Positions 25,001-37,700 of a stretch of 64,000 bases of DNA are shown one piece after another. The stretch is taken from positions 104,408,001 to 104,472,000 of the forward strand of contig NC_043003.1 of NCBI RefSeq assembly GCF_006345805.1, given 5' to 3'. A program made the translations under genes and the position numbers. The DNA is from Octopus sinensis. Its lineage: Eukaryota. Numbering within the stretch: position 1 is the first letter of the stretch; each line of letters starts with the position of its first letter. The notes under the pieces are model-generated. The model ran no database searches. It was not told the DNA's origin and saw nothing but the letters and a program-made list of their open reading frames with translations.

Positions 25001-25747
25001 TTTTGTGTTCAGTTTTTACATGATTGCATATAAGCTACAATGATGTTGATGTTATTATCATTTGCATGTCTGTCTGTTAGTGTTTTTATGAAAAATTTTG
25101 AACAATGATTTTGTTGCTTGCTTCTAATGGGTCACTCACTGGCTCACTGCATTTCAGATAGCAAGACTCACAAAGGATTATCTGTGTAACTCAATGCAGA
25201 GTAAATAACTCAAAGGATTTCAGCTGTAGAGTACCACATATATATATGCTAACACACACATATATGTGTGTATTATATGTGCATACTTATGTATATATCA
25301 CACACACACATGTAAATATATATCATATATACTCTTTTCTCTTTTACTTGTTTCAGTCAGTTGACTGCGGCCTTGCTGGAGCACCGCCTTTAGTCGAGCA
25401 AATCAACCCCGGGACTTATTTTTTGTAAGCCCAGTACTTATTCTATTGGTCTCTTTTGTCGAACCGCTAAGTGACGGGGACATAAACACACCAGCATCGG
25501 TTGTCAAGAAATGCTAGGGGGACAAACACAGACACACAAACACACACATACATATATATACATATATATGACAGGCTTCTTTCAGTTTCCGTCTACCAAA
25601 TCCACTCACAAGGCATTGGTCGGCCCGGGGCTATAGCAGAAGACATTTGCCCAAGATGCCACGCAGTGGGACTGAACCCGGTGGGACTGAACCCGGAACC
25701 ATGTGGTTGGTTAGCAAGCTACTTACCACACAGCCACTCCTACATAC

Positions 25748-25780
<33 letters not shown>

Positions 25781-28700
25781 ACTTATCATGTCATCAGAAT
25801 GAGTGATAACAGAATTCCAACAACCAGTTCCATAATGAAAGATAAAATATAGGAAAATGTTGGCTGAGGTTACAAGGAGAAGCTCTGAAAGTGAAACTGA
25901 AAGCAACAAATAAAAGATTTCCTGAGAATCATTTGAAAAAAAAAAACTATAATGAATTGCAATGAATGAAGGTTCATTTGCTGTAAAATCCTTAAAAATA
26001 TGAATTAAACCAACTGGATCATCTTCAAGAACTGAGAGCTAAGACCAAATCTTGAACCAATATGCCAGTTTGTTTACATAACAAGCGCCTTTGATAGACT
26101 TGTTTGTAGATCTGTGAACTTATCTGTAAGACATTGTCTGGAATATAGTCTCATAAGAAATATAAGACATCAGAACTAAAAAAACAAAAGCTTTCAAACC
26201 CTCGTATGTCAAAATCAATGGGAAAATCCATTGTTATGTAGAATATCCTTCCAGTTTTCCTGTCAAATTCCACTCACAAAGAACCAGCCAATCTAAAGTT
26301 GTAGAAGATACTTGCTCAATATTACATGGGGTGTAACTCAACCTGAAACCATGTACCTAGTTGGAAGGTAAACCTCCTTATCACATATATTTACAAAGTC
26401 AGAAAACAGCACAGCTCCCATGAATTTAGGAAACATTTTTTCACGCTAAGAGTTGCTGAAGCATGGAACAAACTGCCGGCATCAGCTGTTAGTTGTTGGA
26501 GCACTGCATCCTTCAAAACTTCCATGCTTCCTGAGATTCGCCAACACTACACCTGATTTTCTCCCCTCCATACACACACAAGCATGTATCTGACTCGTGC
26601 ATTGTTCGCTTTCCAGACATTTGTACATTACTGCATATACTTTATACGCACTTTCTGACAAGTTGTGGTGCACCTGAGCACTGTATACAATAATTTCATT
26701 ATTATTATTATTATGTCTGTACTCATGTAACACAACTGAAGTAAGATGATAGTGGTTACGATATTAACATGAGATTCAGTGATTACATTCAGACTTTGGG
26801 GGGAGGGGGTATTGCACTTTTAAACTTATCAAGCTCAGGTATCTGTTACCTGTTGGATAATCTTTCCCTATCGTGTAGGATTCCCAATGAGGTGATGCCT
26901 TCATTAAGTAATACTTATCTTTCTCCCCCCACCTCTCTCTCTCTATCAATCTAAAAGTTTAAGATTGGGAAAATTGCAATCATAAATATGAAAAGAAAAA
27001 AAAAGAAAAGAGCCATAATTCTTTTTTTAAAAAATGTAAGATATTACAATCTGTATAGTTTGAATCACCATCAGATTCAAATCCAGCAGCTTCAGTCTCA
27101 TCTCTCTCATTCTCTATAGGTTCAGTACATTCTCTATGTTTCTCCAGATGAGTTGGCACATCAGAATCTTTCACAGAGTTTAGGGTTAAATTGTTCTGAG
27201 AATTAGTCTGTTGACCTGATCGTTCAGCATCTGAAAAATTACATTAATTTTAGTTTGATAAAGCACAATGCCGGTATTTATCTATACGAGTTTAATACAG
27301 TTTAATCCTGAGGCAGGATTTGCATCAGCGTATTGGTAATATATCCAAAAGATTTCAGATGTGCAACCAAACAAATACTGTTGGTCAGTCACCATAATTT
27401 CAATGTCTTGCTTCACTGGACTTCAACACATTTTAATTTTAACACATAGTTCCTAACTTGATAGATGCCCACAAGATCATGTACCATCTTTCCAACAACA
27501 GCTTTGACCATCTTTTTGAATTCAACACTCCACAACCCATGGACATGCTCATAAAATCAAAACTCAGCACAATACCCATGACTTTTGAAGACATTGTTTC
27601 ATACCTTGAATTGTCAAAGCATAGATTAACTACCCACATCAGTTGTTAGCTGTCAGGATACTCTATCCTTCAAAAATTCACCAACACTACTAATGTGCCT
27701 ATACACACTTTCCTCTTTATGGCCCTTTTACTGTCTTATTGTGCTTTATTCTATGCATGTACTTTTGACTATCCTTGTTTTCTTTCTTTAGTCGACTTAT
27801 TGTTGCTTTCTGTTCCCTCTTTTTACCTTTTTCCAAGTTGTAGTGCACTGTACACAAGAAGCTCATTATTATTATTATTATTATTATTAATATAATTAAG
27901 GTGGCAAGCTGGTGGCACTATTAGCACACTGGGCCAAGTGCTTAGTGGCACTTTGTCCATTTTTATGTACTGACTTCAAATTCCACCAAGGTCATCCTTT
28001 CAGCGATGATAAAATAAGTACCAGTTGAGCACTGGGGGTTATTGTAATTAACTTACCCCACCCCTTAAAATTGCTGGCCTTGTGCCAAAATTCGAAACTA
28101 CTACTACAACTACTATTAGTACTACTACAACTACTATTACTACTACTACTACAATAAAAAAAAAGTAATTTACACTGTAAAAAAAATCAGATTAGTATTC
28201 AACATTTTGAGTTGTAGCTCTTTATCATGAGGCATAATGGCCAATAGAAGCAAAACAACAGAATTAGGTTTTTCAGTCAAACAAATCAAAGGAGACAATG
28301 GTTGAGAGCCCTATTGTTTCTTCTTCAACTCTATTCTCTTCCTTCAGTATAAATTAATTATTTTATGTTTTGGTTTGTATTGTTTGTCACTCCTAAGATC
28401 ATTTGGATATATCACCAATACAGTAATGCAAATTCTGAATCAGATCCTGCCTGTGGATTAAAACGAATTGGAATTCATGTTATCATACCACTATAATTTC
28501 TGCAATTTTCTCACATTTATCTACCATTGTAATAGAGAAAAGTATACAGTCTGATATGTTAGATTGTAAGATTTGTGTAAAAAGAGAATGAAAAAAATTA
28601 AAACAGATAATGGTGCATTTTGTAACAAGGTGAATATTTATAAATAATCAAAGAGATGGAATTGTGAGAAGACGAAAGTAAAAAAATACCAAAGAGTAAG

Positions 28701-31700
28701 TGAGAATGTAAGAAGGGGTGGATGAGAATGAAAGGACACAGAATGGGGCAGAGAAATTGTAAATAGAAGAGTATGAAGGTGACTGCCTGAGTAAACTAAA
28801 CTTTACCAAAAGGTGATTAACGATGTAAAAAAGATAAACCACAACATGAGAGAAAGAATCTTTGATTTGTTTCAGTCACTAGACTACAGCCATGCTGGAA
28901 CACCCACCTTGGAGAATTTTTAGTCAAACTAATCAACCTCAGTACTTTCTTTGAAAGCATAGTACTTAAGCTGGCACTATCGTTTGCTGAACTGCTACAT
29001 TATGGGAACATAAACACACCAACACCATTTGTTAAGCAGTGGTGGGGAACAAACACAGACACAAAGACACACATGCACATCCCTATTTATCACATGCTCA
29101 CGTGATCGCACATGTTGATCCCGTCATTTCTTGCCACACACGAACTTCTCCACTGGACTCCCTATCTACCCTTTACGGATTCTCGTTTGGACATTTACCT
29201 TCCGGTCCGGCTGCACCTCACCTACCTACAAGTAATGAACTACAGTTTAACTGAAAATGAACTAGTGTAATAGGAATCATCATCATCGTTTAACGTCCGC
29301 TTTCCATGCTAGCATGGGTTGGACGGTTCGACTGGGGTCTGGGAAGCCAGGAGGCTGCACCAGGCCCAGTCTGATCTGGCAGTGTTTCTACAGCTGGATG
29401 CCCTTCCCAACGCCAACCACTCCGTGAGTGTAGTAGGTGCTTTTTACGTGCCAGGCGAGGCTGGCAACGGCCATGATCAGTTGGTGCTTTTTACGTGCCA
29501 CCGGCACTGGTATCACAACTACAATTTCCATTGATTTTTGATCAATTTTGATTTCACTTGCCTAAACAAGTCTTCGCAAGCAGAGTTTTGTGCCCCAAGA
29601 AGGAACGGTATGCATAAGTGGACTGGCTATATCCCAGGTAGAGGCCACAGGTTATGGTCTCACTTGTCCTGCCGGGTCTTCTCACACACAGCATACTTCT
29701 AAAGGTCTCGGTCACTCGTCATTGCCTCGGTGAGACCTAATGTTCGAAGGTCATGCCTCACCACCTCGTCCCAGGTTTTCCTGGGTCTACCTCTTCCACA
29801 ACAAGGGTATCAGAAAGCTAACCACAGTGCAACTGAAAATGTGCCAGGAAGTGTAACAGTGAAGTATAGAGTGTGGGGAAGTGAACTATAATGTAACAGA
29901 CATCGAAATAGGAGGTTAAACCATAATATTGTGTGAGCTTGTAAGGGGTAGTATGGCCAAACTGTTAAGAAGTTAACCTAGCAAGCATGAGTTCTGAGGT
30001 TACTCCTACATTGTGAAGCATCTTAGACAAATGTTGTTTTCTATAGCCTTAGATTAACCCATACCCATAGGTGCAGGAGTAGCTTGTTTATCAACCACAT
30101 GGTTCAGGGTTCAGTCCCACTGCGCAGCACCTTGGGCAAGTGCCCCCTACTATAGCCTCGGGCGACTAAAGCCTTGCGAGTGGATTTGGTAGACGGAAAC
30201 TGAAAGAAGCCCGTCATATATATGTATATGTATATATGCGTGTGTGCGTTTGTGTGTATGTGTTTGTCCCCCTAGCATTGCTTGACAACCGATGCTGGTG
30301 TGTTTATGTTCCTGTTACTTAGCGGTTCGGCAAAAGAGACCGATAGAATAAGTACTGGGCTTACAAAAAAGAATAAGTCCCGGGGTCGAGTTGCTCAACT
30401 AAAGGTGGTGCTCCAGCATGGCCGCAGTCAAATGACTGAAACAAGTAAAAGAGTAAAAGAGTATACCTTAAACAGATGGAAACTGTATAGAAAGCCATTA
30501 GATAGATAATACCTGTAATTCAAAAGGTATAAACTTGTTACATGCTGTGTCACACTGATTCTACTCCAAGGTTTATATGAATGGTACACATCAAGGACCA
30601 AGGTAGCAAGCTGGCAGAAATTTTAGCACGTCGGGTGAAATGTGTAACTGTATTTCATCTGCCGTTACGTTCTGAGTTCAAATTCTGCCGAGGTCGACTT
30701 CGTCTTTCATCCTTTCGGGGTCGATAAATTAAGTACCAGTTACGCACTGGGGTCGATGTAATCGACTTAATACCTTTGTCTGTCCTTGTTTGTCCCCTCT
30801 ATGTTTAGCCCCTTGTGGGTAGTAAAGAAATAGGTATTTCGTCTGCCGTTAATAAAGAAATATATATATTTATAAACAAGGCTGTGAGCTGGCAGAATCA
30901 TTAGCACGCCGGGCAAAATGCTATGCGGTATTTCGTCTGCCGCTACGTTCTGAGTTCAAATTCAGCTGAGGATGACTTTGCCTTTCATCCTTTCAGGGTC
31001 GATAAATTAAGTACCAGTTATGCACTGAAGTCGATATAATCGACTTAATCCATTTGTCTGTTCTTGTTTGTCCTCTCTGTGTTTAGCCACTTGTAGGTAG
31101 TAAAGAAATAGGTACACATCAAGTTCCAGGGACAAGTAATTCAGTTAATAACACAAACAAATCCTCTTTGTTGAACAACACTGGAATGAGCTACAATGAA
31201 TCAACAGCAAGTTAACGAACAGTGAACAATAACATAACAAACTGCAAGTGAACGATAACATAACAAACTGATGTATACTCTTTTACTTGTTTCAGTCATT
31301 TGACTGTGGCCATGCTGGAGCACCACCTTTAGTCAAGGAAATTGACCCCAGGACTTATTCTTTGTAAGCCTAGTACTTATTCTATTGGTCACTTTTGCTG
31401 AACCACTAAGTTACGGGGACGTAAACACACCAGCATTGGTTGTCAAGCGATGTTGGGGGGACAAACACAGACACACAAACACACACATATACATATATAC
31501 GACGGGATTCTTTCAGTTTCCGTCTACCAAATCCACTCACAAGGCTTTGGTCGGCCCAAGGCTATAGTAGAAGACACTTGCCCAAGGTGCCATGCAGTGG
31601 GACTGAACCCGGAACCATGTGGTTGGTAAGCAAGCTTCTTACCACACAGCTACTCCTGCACCTATGGATAAAAAATATGGAACGCTTCACGAATTTGCGT

Positions 31701-31722
31701 GTCATCCTGGCACAGGGACCAC

Positions 31723-31755
<33 letters not shown>

Positions 31756-34700
31756 CATGTATTGCCGAAGCAATGTATAACACTGTAATATAAGAAACAA
31801 GTGTAACAGAAACTAAAGTTTAATGTATCAGAGAGAAAATTAGAATATAACAGAAAGTAAAGTAAACTGTAGCAGGAACTAGAGTAACAGTGCGGTAATG
31901 TAACACAGAGTTAATTACAACATCATAGAATGTGAGGGCTACTATGTAACAGAGGGTGAAATATGGTGTAACAGAATCTGAATTAAAGTGTATCAGACAG
32001 CGAATTATCTTACAATAGTGGGAACTCTCAGAGAAACAGTAGAACAATGAGTAAACTATCCTGTAACAGAGAGTACAGTTTAATAAGGAGAGAGAGATAT
32101 AATAGTAATGGAGGCAGCTATAATGTAAACTCTGTATAACAGAGTTTGAATCATAGTGTAACAACAACTGATGCACAGGCTGTTGCTATCAAACTGAGCA
32201 TCAGTCGAGGTTGAATACACGACGGAATAGCAATTATTTTGTCTTAGCTTTCACTGCTTATATGAAACACATTTTTGCCTTACAATATGGAACATTTCCT
32301 TTTCTTTCACTCTTTTTAAAAAATGGCAATCCATTGGCTACGACAAGAAGGTTTCTGTTAATCTGATCAACGGAAGAGTTTGCTTGTAAAATTAATGCGC
32401 TAAGTGGTTGAGTACTCCATGGATATGCATACCATAACATAGTTCTTAAGGAGATTCAGCCTCGCACAGAATGTGACAAGGCTGGTCCCTTTGAATTATA
32501 GAGAAACTATAACGTAAGAGAGAGTGGAGTAGAGTGTAAAAGTGAATGGAGAGTAGAGTATACTGTATCAGAGAATATAACACAGAGTATAAAAGTAGAG
32601 AAGAGTATAGCAGAGAATGAAGTGTAATAAAGAGTGGAATGCAATGTAGAAGAGAATGGAGTATAATGTAAGAGACAATAGAGTATAGCATAAGAGAGAG
32701 AGAGAGAGAGAGAGAGAGTATGAAATTATAAAGTGAACTGACAGGGTAAGAAACTGAAGTGAATAATGATAATAATGATATATGATGAATAATAATAATG
32801 ATATATAATAATAATGATAATGATATATAATGAATAATAATAATGATATATAATGAATAATAATAATGATATATAATAATGATATATAATAATAATGATA
32901 ATGATATATAATAATAATGATAAATAATGAATAATAATAATGATATATAATAATAATGATAATGATATATAATGAATAATAATAATGATATATAATAATA
33001 ATGATATATAATGATTAATAATGATATATAATAATAATGATAATGATATATAATGAATAATAATAATGATATATAATAATAATGATATATAATGAATAAT
33101 AATAATGATATATAATGAATAATAATAATGATATATAATAATGATATATAATGAATAATAATAATGAATAATAATAATGATATATAATAATGATATATAA
33201 TGAATAATAATAATGACATATAATAATGAATAATAATAATGATGTATAATAATAAGAACTGACCACCATTAACAAAATATAATGGTAAAGAATTTTCATG
33301 AGAACAAGTCTCTTCAGAATTGTCATCATCACTGCTTGATGTTGGCTGGCCATTAATTTGCACAAGCGTTTTGCTTCGCTTAATGTTGAGTTCATTGTCA
33401 TCTGAAATTACAACAAAGAGATCATTAGTAATTTAGTAATTAGTCCAATGTAATCATCATCATCATCATTTAAAGTTGCACTTTTCCAAGCTTGCATGAG
33501 TCAGATAGAATTTGTTAAGACAAGTTTACCTGTCACCAGCATCCCCCTGTTTCCAACCAGGTAATTTTACCCCCATGGTCAGATATGTTTTCTGCAGAAG
33601 ACTGGAAATGAAGAATATCACTTATATGACAAGGATTCTCACTTTACAGCCATTGCATGCTGTCAAGACAAAGGTACACAAAAACAGACACACATATACA
33701 TCAATATACACATATATACAATGGAAATCTTTCAGTTTCCATTATCAAATCCATTTGCAAAGCTTTGGTTGTCCCAGAGCTACAGTAGAAGATACTTAAC
33801 CAAGGTGCTGCTTATATTAAACACATTTTTGCCTTACAATATGGAACATTTCCTTTTCTTTCACTCTTTTTAAAAAATGGCACTCCATTGGCTACAACAA
33901 CAAGGTTTCTGTTAATCTGATCAATGGAAGAGTTTGCTTGTAAAATTAATGCGCTAAGTGGTTGAGTACTCCATGGATATGCATACCATAAGGTAGTTCT
34001 TAGGGAGATTCAGCCTCATACAGAATGTGACAAGGCTGGCCCCTCTGAATTACAGCTACGACTCATTTTTGCCAGCTGAGTGGACTGCAGCAAGGTGTAG
34101 TAAAGTAGCTTGCTCAAAAACACGGCCTGCCGCAGAGAATCATCCTCATGAGTTTACAATCATGGGCTGAATACCCCTAACCAATGAGCCACACACCCTT
34201 GCTCTCTTAATCGTAGAGAAAAGGAGTGAAGCAATAGAGACAGAGAAAGGAAAGCCTCAGTCATTAACAATGACATTAGACTGAAATGTGATCAACCTGT
34301 TCTAGCTTCTTTACTTTTAACGATGAAGAAGAGGGAAAGACATGAATAGGGGGAGAGTCTTTCAGGTGTTTAGGTTTTTATTCTGGGAGTTCTAGAACAA
34401 TCAAGTGTTTAGTTCTCTCTTCTTTCCTCCAACCCCTGGTATTTATTCGCCTTTTTTCATAGTTCCTCATGTCTTTTAGTTGGGGCAAGAAAGACCATGC
34501 TCTTTTTCAGGCACGTTTAACATTTCCTCTACAAACTACAAACAAGCCCCACTCCCGTCCCGATTTTTTTCACACAAAAACTAATGCAAATTTTGAACAG
34601 GATATAGCTGTGAAAAGAGCCCAGAAAATTGCTTAATACCCCCCTACAAAATGGGTGGGGGAGAAAAGTTGCCAACAGGTGGCTACACGAAAATCAACTC

Positions 34701-37700
34701 TATGCTTTAAAGAGTGTCTTCTACTATAGCCTCGGGCTGATTAAAGCCTCGTGAGTGAATTTGGTAGACGTAAACTGAAAGAAGCCTGTCGTGTGTATGT
34801 GTGTGTGTGTTTGTGTCCGTTCCCCCCTCCCCCACCATTGTTTGACAACTGGTGTTGGTGTGTTTGCGTCCTCATTACTTATCCGTTTGGCAAAAGAGAC
34901 TAATAGAATAGGTACCAGGCTTAGAGGGAATAAGTCCAGGGGTCAATTTCTTCAGCCAAAGGGTGGTGCTCCAGCATGGCCACCGTCAAATGACTGAAAC
35001 AAGTAAAAGAATATAAGAATACTAGAAGAACGTTCCGTATCATTAAACCAAGAAGGTTCTTTGAATATGTATGATGAATTTTAAGGCCAAATAGTAATTC
35101 TGTTTATATTTACATAACTGAGATATTTTGTTTGGATTATATATTAGGTCGTCAAGTATGAAATTTGTAGAAAAGAAAAAAGTTTGCTAATGCTTTATAA
35201 ATACAAGGAATAGTTTTATTCAGCAAAGTATGCACCCATATCGTCAATACACTTTTACCATTTCAGCGGTAGCTTGTCCAGCCTGGAACTGTAAAAGCCT
35301 GGCAATCTAGAGTCAATAAAACTTTGGAAGGCCTGTTTCACAGCATCATCAGAATTGAATTTTTTTCCTATCAAAAATTTATCAAAATTCTGGAAGAAGT
35401 GGTAGCCAGTGGGTGCAAGATCAAGTGAGTATGGCAGATGATGAAGAACTTCCAACTCCTGTAGTTTCACCAATGTCATTTTTGCAATGTGTGGTCTAGC
35501 ATTGTCTTGCAATAAAACAGAAGTGGATATGTTGACTAATCTAGGCTGTTTTTTTTGTAAGTTTCTACATCAATTGGTCCAGTTGGCTGCAGTATACTTC
35601 GGCCATGATTGATGAGCCAGGTTAAATGAAATCATAATGGATTACACCTGTGCCAAACCACCAAACACACACCATCAGTTTCTTTTGATGAATTTCGCTT
35701 TTTGAACTGTGTTTTGGTGGCTTGTCTTTGTCCAACCATTGTGCTGAATGTTTACAGTTGTTGTATTGGATCCATTTCTCATCACATGTTACAATTCGAT
35801 TAAAAAATGTGACGAGCAAGTAGCATAATGCAGGCTTCCAAACACTGATGTTTCTGATTTTCATTGAGTTCGTGTGGAACCTACTTATTCAACGTTTTCA
35901 CTTTACAGGTGAGTCAATATTGTTTGCGTGCTAACATCAAACAACAATAATTCATGGATACTTTGAGATGGATCTGACTCAACGGTGGCTTTCAGTTCGT
36001 TATCCACCTTTGTTTCTGGTCAATCACGTTGCTCTTTTGTGAGGTCAAAGTTATCAGAATGAAATTTTGCAAACCAATTTGATACTGTCTGCTGTGTAAT
36101 AACATTAGAATGAAATACTCCATTAATATTCCAAGCTGTATGTGATGCTGTTTTTCCAAGAAAGAACTCATATTTCAAAACTGCACAAATTTCCGACTCA
36201 TCCATCTCTAAGCAAAAATAGCAAAAAAGGATTTATAAATACTCTATAAAGCACAAAATGAGTTAGAATAAAGAAATAGATTTGTCAGCTTTCTAACAAA
36301 AAATGCAGATTGTCAAAATAAAATAATGGCACAAAATGAGCAGCTGTCAAAGTTTATCATATACCTTTCTACAAATTTCATAGTCAAAGACCTAATAGTT
36401 ATCAGTTTTACACTCTTTGCTATATTCTATAACTGTCAGAACATCAAAACATTTCTCATGGCACCAGTACACAATTTACAGACACTTACATTCTTTGTTT
36501 TCCATGAATTTTTCATGGGTCCATCTAGTTAATATTATTCATACTTAACACCCATTGAAATTGCTGCAAGACTTGTAACACCAATGACCCACTTTTTGTC
36601 TGATTGTTGGATGATTGCAAAAAAGCTTCACTATCATACAGACAATGTTGTTGTTTACAGACTTCCATGAAAATCATGTCAAGCCATGGGGAAATATATT
36701 ACCTTGTTTGGAAACAGTTGAGTGTTGGCAACATGAAGAGCATCCAGCTGTAAAAAAATTTGCCACAATAAACTGTCTGACACATACAAGCATAGAAAAG
36801 TGGACATTAAATGATGATGATGAAGAAGAAACAGTGTTTTGTTAGTTTTCAGTGATGAGTTCAAATCCTTGGATGAAGTAGAAATAAAAAGTAGAGAACC
36901 ACTCCAGAGTAGCCCAGGATATTCTACTCAAAATAATCATGAGATATTCCAGATGTTGTCAAGAGTATTAGTGGATCAAATGGTGTGAAGTGACTGCAAC
37001 CAAGATTAGAAACCAACTTGTAAAGTCAGCTCACTACAAGCTTACCTTTTAGTACTAGGTACTCACCAACAACAGTGAGAAATTAACCCTTTGAGCTGGG
37101 GAGTGTGTTTTAACAGGTGTGATTTTATTTGACCATATCACTGGAAGAAGCAGCCATATGGTTTTTATGTTTACTGAATAATGATGTTTCTGCAAATTAG
37201 TGCAGCATAAACTTAAAATCATGCGGTTGCCTGCTTTTCCATTTTCTAAGAAGATTGTCAAACAAAATTGCACTTGCTAAAGCACAGTGGTGGGTTCAAA
37301 GAGTTAAAATCCATTTATATTAAGACTAACAAGAAATTATGATTGAACTGAAAAGAAAGAAATGGAATACACATTGCATTAATCAGAATATAAATCTTTA
37401 CCTGGGCATTTTGGGTAATATGTGAAGATCATTGCTTCGCTTGTTTCATTGTTAGATGGCCTCTCCAGTCGGATGTTAACTTGTATAGGTTTACTGATAT
37501 GTATATTATGATATGGTGGCGTTTTAAACACAATAGCATACTAGAAATGAATAATAATATAATGTAGTTAATATTTCTAGATATAATATTCATATGTGTG
37601 AATACATATTAGATTGTAGAGTCTGGAAGAATGGGCAGAATGAATAAAATAGCTTGTTATTTGGTTGCATTCCTTGACCCTATCCAGATCAACTGACTTT

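Noticed and set aside
31670-31773. Functional U6 gene
   Set aside because: The 5' end is clipped, there are several substitutions including in the internal stem-loop, and I recognised no PSE/TATA upstream.
32446-33363. 305-aa and 128-aa Ile/Tyr/Leu-rich ORFs
   Set aside because: They read through an AAT minisatellite; only 33264-33363 of the 305-aa frame belongs to the real NF-kB exon.
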